Both the position numbers and the translations under genes were made by a program. From Halobacteriaceae archaeon (lineage in GTDB: Archaea; Halobacteriota; Halobacteria; Halobacteriales; Halobacteriaceae), in contig JBDGTS010000052.1 of NCBI GenBank assembly GCA_042216675.1, forward strand, positions 1 through 36,000: a stretch of 36,000 nucleotides of DNA, in the 5' to 3' direction. Of this stretch, positions 16,746 through 25,991 are shown piece after piece. The number at the start of each line of letters is the position of its first letter. Within the stretch, counting starts at the first letter, position 1. The notes below the pieces were generated by a model. That model was not told the DNA's origin. It saw only the letters and a list, made by a program, of their open reading frames with translations, and did no database searches.

Positions 16746-17589
16746 CGAACCCCCCCGTCCGATGGAAGACGCCGTCGTGGACGAGAAACGCCTCCGCGCC
16801 GTCCCACCCCTCGACCAACTCGATGGCCGCCTCGGGGTGGAGGGCGGCGCAGGTCGTCGCGAGCACGTCCGCCTCCGTGCAGTCCCGCCGGGCGAGAACC
16901 GTCACGAGGGCGTTCCGGGCGCCGACGGCCCCCTCGGCCGGTCGGTAGATGTGGTCGACGCCCTTCCGCTGGCGGCGGTAGGACCCGGAGGTGGCGACGT
17001 GCCAGTCCGTGTCGAGGACGCGGAGCGAGTCCCCGCCCCACGGGTTCTCGACGGCGACGCCGCCACCTGTCGGGCCGGCGATGTCGCCGCCGCCGTTGAC
17101 GTATCCGCGGCGGGCCGGGCCGTCGAGGGCCTCGTGGGCCCGGTCGACGATGTAGCCCTTGGCGATGCCGTTCAGGTCCAGCGGTCGGGTGGCACGGACG
17201 GTGTCGTCCTCGACGTCGACGCTGGCCGCCTCGCCCACCGCTCCGGGAGCGCCCCCCTCACCGTCGATGAACCGCTTGACGTCGCGCTCGTCGGCGCCGT
17301 GACGGACGCTGAAGACGCCCTCCGTCCGGCGCTCGTACTCCCGGGCGCGGCGGACGAGGGTCGCCACGTGCCGGTTGGTTACCTCGCCCTCGCGTGCCAG
17401 CCTCGCGACGGCGCTCGACTCGTCGAACGCGTTCAGTTGCGCCTCGAGGTCGCGGGCGACGGCGACCGCCGCCTCGACGGCCCCCGCGGCGCGGAGCCCC
17501 TCCGCGTGTACCTCGAAGTCGGTGTCGCAGCACTCGAAGGACCGCGACGCCGTGCCGACGGCGGCGTAGGCCCGCTCGAGGACGCTCAC
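16729..17589 (-). CDS. apbE: FAD:protein FMN transferase (ApbE family)
   Basis: S.VARL, LDLNGIAKGYIVD, VNGGGDI, VATSGSYRR, HIYRP and ADVLATT motifs. GTG 17589 forms a GTGA overlap with the upstream stop. Confidence 0.9.
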   Translation of the reverse strand: MSVLERAYAAVGTASRSFECCDTDFEVHAEGLRAAGAVEAAVAVARDLEAQLNAFDESSAVARLAREGEVTNRHVATLVRRAREYERRTEGVFSVRHGADERDVKRFIDGEGGAPGAVGEAASVDVEDDTVRATRPLDLNGIAKGYIVDRAHEALDGPARRGYVNGGGDIAGPTGGGVAVENPWGGDSLRVLDTDWHVATSGSYRRQRKGVDHIYRPAEGAVGARNALVTVLARRDCTEADVLATTCAALHPEAAIELVEGWDGAEAFLVHDGVFHRTGGFDAHVA

Positions 17590-17879
17590 GGCGCGACACC
17601 CAGGAGGACGGCGACGGAGACGCTGCCGGCGAACCCGTACCACGCGTAGCGCACGGCCGTCCCGCCGTCGACGGGGTACTGGAGGCCCCGGAGCGTCGCG
17701 ACGGCCGTGCCGGCGGTGCGGCGGACGGCGGTCGGTTCGGCGGCGACCTGCTCGTAGCGGCGCCGGTCGATGGGCCCGAGTTCCGACGGGTCGTGTGCGT
17801 CGTGGAGGTGGCGACGGTAGCCCCGCTCCCCCTCGACCGCGGCGCCACAGTGGTCACACTCGGTCTTCGTGCCGGGCAT
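17586..17879 (-). CDS. C2H2 zinc-finger microprotein with C-terminal TM helix
   Basis: CDHC-x12-HLHDAH, ELGPIDRRR and a hydrophobic C-terminus. First gene of the apbE operon. Confidence 0.75.
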   Translation of the reverse strand: MPGTKTECDHCGAAVEGERGYRRHLHDAHDPSELGPIDRRRYEQVAAEPTAVRRTAGTAVATLRGLQYPVDGGTAVRYAWYGFAGSVSVAVLLGVAP

Positions 17880-18143
17880 ATCCCTCGCTACGCGTCTCGT
17901 GGGGTTATCCGTTCGCGTCCAGCGGTCGAATCGTCGTTCGACGGTCGAATCCGGGCCGGCCGGCGTGGGGGTCGCGTTCCGGTCTCGTTTCGGGGCGATG
18001 TCGGCGGGAAACCGTCAGTTCGGGGCGTCGAACGACGGGTCGAGCCGGTGGATTGCCTCGCCTGTCCGCGGATTTCCCCGTCCGGGGACGAACCGGTGCG
18101 ATGTGCGGTCGGTTGCCCCATCGAGACCGCCGGGACGGCGCGC

Positions 18144-18812
18144 TCAGTCGCCCCCGGTGAACTGGGCCATCACGTCCCCGGTCATCCCCTGCCGGGAGAA
18201 CACCGTGACGAGGTCGCCGGCGTGGATGGTCGTGTCGCCGCGCGGCGTGATGACGTCGCTGTCGCGTTCGATGGCCACGACGAGGACCTCCTCCCCGATG
18301 AACCCGCGGTCGCCCGCCTCTTCGAGGGTGACTTCGGCCAGCGGGGCGCCCTGGGTGACGGTTATCTCGAACACCTCCGCGCTGTCCGCGAGGTGCATGA
18401 AGTCCTTGACGGAGGGGCGCTGGACCGCGCGGACGAGGTACTCCGCGATGAGTCGCTGGGGGTTCTCGATGACGTTCGCGCCGATGCGCCGGAAGAGGTT
18501 CATGTGCTCGGGGTTCTGGACGACGGAGACGAGCGACGGGATCTCCAGTTCCTGTGCGAGCAACAGCACCATAATGTTCGTCGCGTCCTGGTCGGTCGTG
18601 GAGATGATGGCGTCGGCGCGCTCCGCGCCGGCGTCGACGAGCGTCTCCTTGACCGTCGCGTCGGCGTTGATGACGAGACAGTCGTGTTCCCGGCCGACGG
18701 CGTCCGCGACTGCGGGGTCGTGCTCGACGACGGCCACCTCGTTGTTCGACTGGGTCAACAGGTCGATGACGGGAGTGCCTATCTGGCCGGCGCCCACGAC
18801 GATGGCGTACAT
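18144..18812 (-). CDS. trkA: Trk potassium uptake NAD-binding subunit
   Basis: IVVGAGQIG Rossmann motif, DAIISTTDQDATN and an RCK-C domain (ITPRGDTTIHAGD). Confidence 0.92.
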   Translation of the reverse strand: MYAIVVGAGQIGTPVIDLLTQSNNEVAVVEHDPAVADAVGREHDCLVINADATVKETLVDAGAERADAIISTTDQDATNIMVLLLAQELEIPSLVSVVQNPEHMNLFRRIGANVIENPQRLIAEYLVRAVQRPSVKDFMHLADSAEVFEITVTQGAPLAEVTLEEAGDRGFIGEEVLVVAIERDSDVITPRGDTTIHAGDLVTVFSRQGMTGDVMAQFTGGD

Positions 18813-18855
18813 GCGGACACGCTGTGGTGGCCCGCGCTCCGTTCTTACTCTTTCG

Positions 18856-19059
18856 CTATCGGTCCCACCAGTTGTGGGCCACGTTCGCGAGGAAGGTGAC
18901 GAGGTAGAGGGTCGCCACCGCCTCCGAGACGGGCCTGCGCCCGACGACGGCGAGGGCGGCGATGACGAGGACGCCACCGACGAGGAGGGCGTCGAACAGC
19001 CTGTCGTCGGCGCCGGACTCGACGACGGCGGCGACGAGGGGCAGGTCTTCGGGGTTCAC
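18856..19059 (-). CDS. Small two-TM membrane protein between trkH and trkA
   Basis: MNPEDLPLV...DDRLFDALLVGG..., 67 aa. GTGA overlap with the trkH stop. Confidence 0.65.
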   Translation of the reverse strand: MNPEDLPLVAAVVESGADDRLFDALLVGGVLVIAALAVVGRRPVSEAVATLYLVTFLANVAHNWWDR

Positions 19060-20597
19060 GCGTACATCCCACCCCGGTTGAAGATGGCGCGCAGCAGGAC
19101 GAGCACCGGGATTATCTCGAGGCGGCCGATCCACATGTTGAACACGAGCATCACCTTCGCCACCAGCGGCATCGCCGCGCCGGTGATGCCCGCCGAGAGG
19201 CCCACGTTGCCCTGCGCGCTCGCCACCTCGAAGATGAGGTTCTCTAACGTGTACCCGTCGGGGCCGGTGTGGACGGCCGCGAGGAGGACGAACGTGCCGA
19301 CGACGAGGAACACCGCCCAGAGGAAGGCGATGATGGCCGCCTCCTCGAACTCCTGGGCCGCCTCCGTCTCCGAGAGCGTCCGCCCGTTGATCTGGAAGTG
19401 TCTGACCGCGCTCTCGGGGTAGAAGACGCCGCGGATGCGGAACAGGATAGCCTTGACGAGCGTTATCCCGCGGATGAGTTTGATGCCGCCGACGGTCGAC
19501 CCGGCCGCGCCCCCGACGACCATCCCCAGCGAGACGGTCAACTGGGCCTCCGGCGACCAGGACGACCCCAGCAACGGGACGGTCTGGAAGCCGGTGCAGG
19601 AGGCCGCCGAGACGAACTGGAAGGTGGCGTACCGGACGGCCGTGAGCACGTCGTCGTACGTGCCGTTCGCGAGCAACGCGAGCGTCAGCCCCGCCGCCCC
19701 GAGGCCGAAGAAGCCGAAGACCCACCGCGTCTGGATGTCCGTGTAGAGGTTCCGAAGGTCGCCCTGCAGCATCAGGTAGTGGACGGGGAAGGCGATGCTG
19801 CCCAGCACCATCACCGGGATGAGGGCGGCGTCGATGACCGCGCTGTGATAGGACGCGATGCTCTGGTCGGTGACGCTGAACCCGCCCGTGGCGAGGCCGG
19901 TCATCGCGTGGTTGATGGCGTCCCAGAGCGGCATGCCCGCCAGCCACAGCAGGAGGATGGAGACGAAGGTGAAGAGGATGAAGATCCACCAGATGGTCCG
20001 GACCGTCGAGACGACGCTCGGGTGTATCTTCTCGGAGCGCGCCTCGGACTCGTAGAGGGTGAGCGACCCGCTGCCGGGGCGGGCCAGTATCGCCGTCGTG
20101 AGGACGATTACGCCGACGCCGCCGACCCACTCGATGAACGAGCGCCACCACTGCAGCGTCGCGGGGAGCCTGTTCTCGTGAGTCGACATCGTCAGCCCCG
20201 TCCCGGTGAACCCGCTCATCGACTCGAAGACGCCGTTGAGGGGGTGTCGGAAGGCCGCGAGCGTCTGCGTCATCGGGGGCGTGTGGACGACGGGGAGGCC
20301 CACCTGGACGGTCCAGGCGACGAGCAGGAACGGCAGCGAGCCGAAGAGCGCGACGAAGAACCACCCGGCAGCCGCGATCATCATCCCGTGGAGCTTTCCG
20401 GGGTCGGCGGCCTCCCGGAAGCGCACCGCGAGGCCGCGGCCGATGGCGAAGGGGACTGCGCCGGCGACCAGGAGCGCGGGGACGGCGTAGTACTCCCCCC
20501 AGACGAGCGGGACGACGAGCGAGACGAACATCATCCCCGAGAGCGCCTGGAGCATCCGCCCCAGGTCACGCGCGATGGTCGCCAACTGCCGTGCCAT
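19056..20597 (-). CDS. trkH: Trk potassium uptake membrane subunit
   Basis: FESMSGFTGTG, ATGGFS, SCTGFQ and QGNVGLS pore loops, plus GSTVGGIK and IGRLE. Confidence 0.95.
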   Translation of the reverse strand: MARQLATIARDLGRMLQALSGMMFVSLVVPLVWGEYYAVPALLVAGAVPFAIGRGLAVRFREAADPGKLHGMMIAAAGWFFVALFGSLPFLLVAWTVQVGLPVVHTPPMTQTLAAFRHPLNGVFESMSGFTGTGLTMSTHENRLPATLQWWRSFIEWVGGVGVIVLTTAILARPGSGSLTLYESEARSEKIHPSVVSTVRTIWWIFILFTFVSILLLWLAGMPLWDAINHAMTGLATGGFSVTDQSIASYHSAVIDAALIPVMVLGSIAFPVHYLMLQGDLRNLYTDIQTRWVFGFFGLGAAGLTLALLANGTYDDVLTAVRYATFQFVSAASCTGFQTVPLLGSSWSPEAQLTVSLGMVVGGAAGSTVGGIKLIRGITLVKAILFRIRGVFYPESAVRHFQINGRTLSETEAAQEFEEAAIIAFLWAVFLVVGTFVLLAAVHTGPDGYTLENLIFEVASAQGNVGLSAGITGAAMPLVAKVMLVFNMWIGRLEIIPVLVLLRAIFNRGGMYA

Positions 20598-20690
20598 CCT
20601 AGGAGGGCACAGCCGGTGCGGTCGTATATAGCGTGCGGATTCGGTCCGCCCCCTCGTCGTCTCGCACGGAGACTGCGTCGTCCCGGACCG

Positions 20691-21500
20691 CTACAGGAAC
20701 AGGACGAGCGGTGCCATGGCCACGAACCCGAGAGCCGCCCCGCCGGCCAGGAACCGCTTCGCCGCGCTCGCGTCGAGGCTCTCCCCGGCCTCCAGCCCTT
20801 CGGGCAGGACGTCCTCGGCGACGAGGAACAGCATCGCGCCGGCCGCGAGCCCGTAGCCGAACGGCAGGAACTCCTGTGCGAGCACCACGAAGTAGAACGC
20901 CGCGACGGCCCCGATCGGCTGGGGGATGCTGGTGAAGAAGGCGGCCCCCCACATCTCCCCGTTGCTCATCTTCCCCCGCATCGGGATGGCCGTCGCGATG
21001 CCCTCCGGGACGTTGTGGATGGCGAGTGCGAGCGTCATGACGACGGCGAGGACCGGAATCGCGAACCCCAGGACGTGGATGCCCTGGTCCGTCCGGAGGT
21101 GTGCGAACGAGACGCCGATGGCGATGCCCTCCGGGAACGAGTGGACGAGCAACACCACGAAGATGTTGAGCATCGTCGTCGCGTCCGCCTGCGCCATGTC
21201 CGCCGGTTCGTAGTTCATCCGGTGGACGATCCGGTGGGCCACCACGACCAGCAGTATTCCGGCGGCGAATCCGCCCGCCGTGAGGACGACGTCGCCCACG
21301 TTGACGAGTGCCTCGTAGAGGATGCCGAAGACGGACGCCGACGCCATCAACCCGCCCGCGAACCCCCACAGCGAGACGTCCACCCTGTCGTCGATGTCTT
21401 CGACGAAGAACAGCGGAACCGCGCCGAGGCTCGTGCCGAACGCGGCGACGAGACCCGCGACGAACACGAGGACGTACGCGTGCCAGTGGAGTGCAGCCAT
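20691..21500 (-). CDS. ZIP (GufA/ZupT-like) divalent metal transporter
   Basis: FAGGLMASAS, HSFPEGIAIG, IHNVPEG and AAGAMLFLV motifs. Confidence 0.92.
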   Translation of the reverse strand: MAALHWHAYVLVFVAGLVAAFGTSLGAVPLFFVEDIDDRVDVSLWGFAGGLMASASVFGILYEALVNVGDVVLTAGGFAAGILLVVVAHRIVHRMNYEPADMAQADATTMLNIFVVLLVHSFPEGIAIGVSFAHLRTDQGIHVLGFAIPVLAVVMTLALAIHNVPEGIATAIPMRGKMSNGEMWGAAFFTSIPQPIGAVAAFYFVVLAQEFLPFGYGLAAGAMLFLVAEDVLPEGLEAGESLDASAAKRFLAGGAALGFVAMAPLVLFL

Positions 21501-21556
21501 CAGTCTCGACCTGGCTTCCGGTTGGAACCCCCGATCCTTGTTAGTTACGGCAGAAC

Positions 21557-21572
21557 TTTTGGCGTCCCAAAA
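21557..21572. promoter_or_regulatory. Palindrome TTTTGG-CGTC-CCAAAA upstream of the ZIP gene (possible metalloregulator site)
   Basis: Perfect 6-bp arms in an AT-rich intergenic region, 57-72 bp upstream of the start. Confidence 0.45.
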
Positions 21573-21631
21573 AGGAGAGTTTCCATGGGGAGAACGATAG
21601 TTCGACGGATACCCCGGCGGCCGTCTATCGG

Positions 21632-22603
21632 TCAGGACGTCGGCGACGTCTGGACGCCGAGGGACTTCTGGATGATCTGTCGCGCGGCCATCGAGCAGAG
21701 GAAGTACCAGACGATCCAGGTCGGCATCGGGCCGAGCAGCGACTGCTGCCACGTGACGTGACCGGTGAACGGGAGCACCATCCCCGTCGCGCCGGCGAGG
21801 TGCCCCCCGCGCACCGCCCACCGGAGCCAGATGTAGACCGAGATGGTCAACAGCATGATCCAGACCATCGGCCTGAACTGCGCCTTCAACATCCCGAACT
21901 GGTCGGTCGCCGCGTCGAGTTGCTCCTCCTGGATGGCGTCCAGCGCCTCATCGTCTCCGCGCTCCTCTGCGGCCGCCTTGCGCTCTTTGAGGCGCTCCAT
22001 CCGGTCCTGGTAGGCACGTATCACTTCCGTGTCCCGGAGTTTCGCCTGTAGTCCCACGGAGTAGACGCCGGTCACGATGGCGAGGACCACGACGACGGCA
22101 TAGAACGGAAGCGCCGCGGACACCGGGTGGAGGACGGCGTCGTAGACGGGCCCGATGACGTTCCGGAGCCCCGCGTTTATCTCCCCGCCGACGAGGGCCA
22201 GCGATCCGACGGCCGCCAGTTTGTCGTACCACGCCCACTTCGTGGACGGGAGGTCGTCCTCTCCGTCCTGGCCCGCGACCGCCGCGTCGCCCGGTATCGC
22301 GTCCGGGTCGTCGGGCCCCGGCGGGTCGGTCGCCTCGTCGTCCCCCGGGGCATTCGACGCCTCGTCGGTCTCTCGACCGAGTTCGCGCTCCAGTCGCTCC
22401 GGGTCGGCCGGCCGGAAGCCCGACTCGCCTCCGACGAGCACGCCCGACTCGAGGAGGCGGCCCCACTCGGCGCCGGTCATCGCGTCCCGGACGTCGCTGT
22501 ACTGCAGTTCGATCGCACCGCCGTCGGACCGCTCCAGGACCACCGCCAGCGCCTCCCGCGTGGCCGGGTCGTCGAGTAGCGGCGCTAACTGCTCTGCTGG
22601 CAT
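21632..22603 (-). CDS. DUF106 (EMC3/TMCO1/Oxa1-superfamily) membrane protein
   Basis: TM, coiled coil, QFRPMVWIML, GPMPTWIVWYFLCS...QKSL. Haloarchaeal N-terminal extension (WGRLLESGVL). Confidence 0.85.
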   Translation of the reverse strand: MPAEQLAPLLDDPATREALAVVLERSDGGAIELQYSDVRDAMTGAEWGRLLESGVLVGGESGFRPADPERLERELGRETDEASNAPGDDEATDPPGPDDPDAIPGDAAVAGQDGEDDLPSTKWAWYDKLAAVGSLALVGGEINAGLRNVIGPVYDAVLHPVSAALPFYAVVVVLAIVTGVYSVGLQAKLRDTEVIRAYQDRMERLKERKAAAEERGDDEALDAIQEEQLDAATDQFGMLKAQFRPMVWIMLLTISVYIWLRWAVRGGHLAGATGMVLPFTGHVTWQQSLLGPMPTWIVWYFLCSMAARQIIQKSLGVQTSPTS

Positions 22604-22676
22604 GCCGGTGGGTGTGTCTCCGGGGGCCGACGGTATCAACTCTTCCGGTTCGGGACCCCCCTGACGGTCCGCTCAC

Positions 22677-22698
22677 GTGACAACCCCCAACGGGGTTG
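22677..22698. repeat. Palindromic 22-bp element GTGACAACCCCCAACGGGGTTG (near copy at 32807-32828)
   Basis: 20/22 identity with 32807-32828. Lies in the divergent DUF106/ABC intergenic region. Confidence 0.55.
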
Positions 22699-22763
22699 CA
22701 CCGCGGTCGAGTCGGACTGCGCGAACCGAACCCCTTAGGTCCACGCGTGATACAGGACAGACC

Positions 22764-23696
22764 ATGGCACCGGCAGTCTCGGCGGAGGGCGTGTCGAAGC
22801 GATACGGCGACACCGTGGCCCTCGACGACGTGACACTGTCCGTCGACGCCGGAGACGTCTTCGCGCTCGTCGGTCCGAACGGGGCCGGCAAGACCACGCT
22901 CGTCCAGGTGCTGACCGGCACCACCGCGCCCGACGCCGGGTCCGTCTCGGTCCTGGGCACCCCGGCGTCCGACCTGGACCGGGAACGCGTCGGCGTCCTC
23001 CCGCAGTCCTTCTCCCCGCCGGACCGGCTGACCGCCCGGGAACTCCTCGAGTACTACGCCGGCCTCTACGACGACCCGCGGCCCGTCGACGACGTCCTCG
23101 CGGACGTGGGCCTCGTAGCGGACGACGACACGTGGTACGCGAACCTCTCTGGGGGCCAGCAGCGCCGCGTCTGCGTCGGCGTCGCCGTCGTGAACGAACC
23201 GGACGTCCTGTTCCTCGACGAGCCGACGACGGGCATCGACCCGGCGGGCCGTCAGGCGCTCTGGTCGCTGATCTCGGACCTCTCGGCCGGCGGGACCACC
23301 GTCTTCCTCACGACCCACTACATGGCCGAGGCGGAGGAACTTGCGGACCGCGTGGCGCTCCTCGACGACGGCGAACTCGCGGAGGTCGGCCCCCCGGGCG
23401 ACCTGGTCGCGGCCTTCGGTGGCGGCACGCACCTCCGCGTCGAGACGGCCGCGTCGCCGGCGACCCTCGACGGCGTCGGGTTCGCGGTCGAGGCCACCGA
23501 GGACGGCCTCCGCGTCCCCGACGTCGCGGCGACGGACATCGGGGACGTCGTCGACGCCCTGGAGGCCGCGGGCGTCGAGTACGACGCCATCACGTGGACA
23601 CAGCCGACCCTGGAGGACGTCTACCTGCGCCTGACGGACCACGGGACGGTCACCCGGTCGACCGACGCCGTCGCCGCGAGCGGGGGGGCCCGATGA
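22764..23696 (+). CDS. ABC transporter ATP-binding protein (ABC-2/DrrA-like)
   Basis: GPNGAGKTT, LSGGQQRR, LFLDEPTTG and TTHYM motifs. Confidence 0.95.
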   Translation: MAPAVSAEGVSKRYGDTVALDDVTLSVDAGDVFALVGPNGAGKTTLVQVLTGTTAPDAGSVSVLGTPASDLDRERVGVLPQSFSPPDRLTARELLEYYAGLYDDPRPVDDVLADVGLVADDDTWYANLSGGQQRRVCVGVAVVNEPDVLFLDEPTTGIDPAGRQALWSLISDLSAGGTTVFLTTHYMAEAEELADRVALLDDGELAEVGPPGDLVAAFGGGTHLRVETAASPATLDGVGFAVEATEDGLRVPDVAATDIGDVVDALEAAGVEYDAITWTQPTLEDVYLRLTDHGTVTRSTDAVAASGGAR

Positions 23697-24439
23697 GCGC
23701 CGTCACCCGCGTCGGCGCGGAGGCCGGCACCGCCTGGCGGTCGTTCCTTCGCCGGCGGACGGCCGTCTTCTTCACGTTCCTGTTCCCGCTCATCCTCGTC
23801 GCCATCTTCGGGGCCGTCGTCCAGACCAACCCGACCGGCGGCGGCCTGTTCGCCCGCCCGACGGGTTACTACGTGCCGGGCTACCTCGCCATCATCGTCC
23901 TGTTCACTCCGCTCTCCCGGGTTGGGAGTTCCATCGCTCGGTACCGCGACGGCAACCGCTTCGAGAAGCTGGCGACGACGCCGCTGCGTCGCGTCGAGTG
24001 GCTGGCGGCGCACACGCTCGTCAACACCGTCATCATCCTCCTGGCGGCGGCCGTCGTCCTCGCGGTCATCGTCGCGGGCCTCGGCGCCACGGTGACGCTC
24101 TCGTGGGTTCTCGTCCCCTTCGTCGTCCTCGCCGTCGTGGTCTTCTGCGGACTGGGCGCCCTCATCGGCCGCGTCGCGGAGTCCCAGGACGGCGTCGTCG
24201 CGGCGAGCAACGCCATCGCCCTCCCTCTCGTCTTCCTCTCCGAGACGTTCGTCTCCCCGGACCTGCTCCCGGCGTGGGTCCGGCCGGCGCTGAACCTCTC
24301 GCCACTGACCTACTTCGCTCGGGGCGTCCGGGCGGCCACCTACACCCACCAGTCGCCGTGGGCGGACCTCCTCGTCCTCGCGGGCCTGGCCGTCGTCTTC
24401 TTCGCCCTCGGCGCGTACGCCCTGCCGCGGGGCGAGTGA
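23693..24439 (+). CDS. ABC-2 type transporter permease
   Basis: ATGA overlap, FFTFLFP, KLATTPL, FLSETF and SPLTY motifs, about six TM segments. Confidence 0.92.
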   Translation: MSAVTRVGAEAGTAWRSFLRRRTAVFFTFLFPLILVAIFGAVVQTNPTGGGLFARPTGYYVPGYLAIIVLFTPLSRVGSSIARYRDGNRFEKLATTPLRRVEWLAAHTLVNTVIILLAAAVVLAVIVAGLGATVTLSWVLVPFVVLAVVVFCGLGALIGRVAESQDGVVAASNAIALPLVFLSETFVSPDLLPAWVRPALNLSPLTYFARGVRAATYTHQSPWADLLVLAGLAVVFFALGAYALPRGE

Positions 24440-24500
24440 GCGGCCGCGCCGACCGTCGGCGGTCGTAATTGCTATAATCGATACCGACCCTCCCTCTCCC

Positions 24501-24728
24501 ATGGGTCACGGTATGCGGCTGGACTACGGACTGTACGCGAAGCGCGGCCTCGCCCTGGGTATCGGCCTCCTCGTCGTCGGTCTCCTCGGGAACGCCCTCG
24601 GCCCCGTCGTCGTCGGGTCGCTCCCGGCCGTCGAGGAGACGGTGCTCTCGGACCTGATGGGTCTCGGCATCCTCGTCGGCTTCGCGTCCGTCTTCGGCTT
24701 CGGCATCCTGTTGCCCCTCACGGAGTGA
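24501..24728 (+). CDS. Small two-TM haloarchaeal membrane protein
   Basis: LDY..YAKRG...FGILLPLTE pattern. TATA-like CTATAAT ~25 bp upstream suggests a leaderless transcript. Confidence 0.7.
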   Translation: MGHGMRLDYGLYAKRGLALGIGLLVVGLLGNALGPVVVGSLPAVEETVLSDLMGLGILVGFASVFGFGILLPLTE

Positions 24729-24758
24729 CCGGGAGCGCCCCGTCCCGGGGGCGGGCCG

Positions 24759-25991
24759 TCACCCGACCAGCGTCGCGTAGAGCAGCCAGACGTTCAGGAC
24801 GACGATAGCACCGATGACGGCGCCCAGCACGCTCGTCGTGCTGGTGCGGTTGGTGAACGCGCCCATCAGCCCCTCCTCGCGCGTGAACCACAGGAGCGGT
24901 ATCAGGACGAAGGGCAACTCGAAGCTGAGCGCCACCTGCGAGGCGACGAGCACGGACGTGGGGTCGAAGCCGGCGGCGACGACGGCCAGACTCGGGACCA
25001 GCGTGACAGACCGCCGGAGCCAGACGTTGACGTTCAGGTCGAGGAAGCCGTCCATGACCGTCTGCCCGGCCATCGTGGCGACCAGCGAGGAGGAGAGGCC
25101 GGCGGCGATGAGCGCGACGCCGAACGCCGCGCTGGCGCGGCCACCGAAGACGCCGTCGAGGGTGACGTAGGCCTCGCGGAGCGTCTCGATGCCCGTCCCC
25201 TGGAGGGCGGCGGCGGCGACGACCAACATCGCTCCGTTGACGAACATCGCGCCGAACAGCGCGAGCACGGTGTCGGCGCTCTCGAGGTGGAAGTGCCGGC
25301 GGTGGACGGCCTCGGTGTCGCCCTCGGTGGCGACGAGGCGGGAGCGGCGGTCCTGCACGATGTACGGGTGGAGGTAGACGCTGTGTGGCATCACCGTCGC
25401 CCCGAGGATGCCGATGCCGATGTACAGCGCGGAGGTGTTCGGGACCGTCGGCGAGAGTCCCCGCAGAATCTCGCCCGACGTCGGCCTGGCGAGGACCATC
25501 TCGAAGACGAACGCCAGCGCGATGACGCCGACCAGCGCCATGACGGTCAGTTCGATCCACCGGTAGCCCCGACGGTGGGCGGTCCGGACGCCGAGCAGGG
25601 CGAACGAACTCGCGCCGGCGAGCACCGCGCCCGCCCACAGCGGCAGGGCGAACAGCAGGCTGAACCCGATGGCCGCCCCGATTATCTCGGCCATGTCGGT
25701 CGCGATCATCGCGAGTTCGGCCGCGGCCCAGAGGACGACCACGACCGGCCGGGAGAACCGCTCCCGGCAGAGCTGTGCGACGCCCTTGCCCGTGGCGATG
25801 CCGAGTTTCGCGGCCACGACCTGGATGCCCATCGCCATCACGCTGGCGAGGACGATGATCCACAGCAGCGCCGGTCCGAACTTCGCGCCGGCGGAGATGT
25901 TCGTCGCCCAGTTCCCCGGGTCCATGTACGCCACGCTGATGATGAACCCCGGCCCGAGGTAGGAGAGGGCCTCCCGGACGCGTCGCCTCAC
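24759..25991 (-). CDS. mntH: Nramp family divalent metal (Mn2+) transporter
   Basis: AYMDPGNWAT, DMAEIIG, GATVMPH and TMAGQ motifs. Start uncertain (GTG). Confidence 0.93.
   Translation of the reverse strand: MRRRVREALSYLGPGFIISVAYMDPGNWATNISAGAKFGPALLWIIVLASVMAMGIQVVAAKLGIATGKGVAQLCRERFSRPVVVVLWAAAELAMIATDMAEIIGAAIGFSLLFALPLWAGAVLAGASSFALLGVRTAHRRGYRWIELTVMALVGVIALAFVFEMVLARPTSGEILRGLSPTVPNTSALYIGIGILGATVMPHSVYLHPYIVQDRRSRLVATEGDTEAVHRRHFHLESADTVLALFGAMFVNGAMLVVAAAALQGTGIETLREAYVTLDGVFGGRASAAFGVALIAAGLSSSLVATMAGQTVMDGFLDLNVNVWLRRSVTLVPSLAVVAAGFDPTSVLVASQVALSFELPFVLIPLLWFTREEGLMGAFTNRTSTTSVLGAVIGAIVVLNVWLLYATLVG

Noticed and set aside
17880-18143. Possible ncRNA in the intergenic region upstream of the apbE operon
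   Set aside because: Only short GC-rich stems, with no tRNA cloverleaf or recognisable RNA family.
19269-21761. 830-aa plus-strand ORF and similar long Arg/Gly-rich ORFs (e.g. 7114-9138, 12525-14498, 30183-32609)
   Set aside because: They overlap well-supported genes in another frame or strand, and their composition is unlike halophile proteins.
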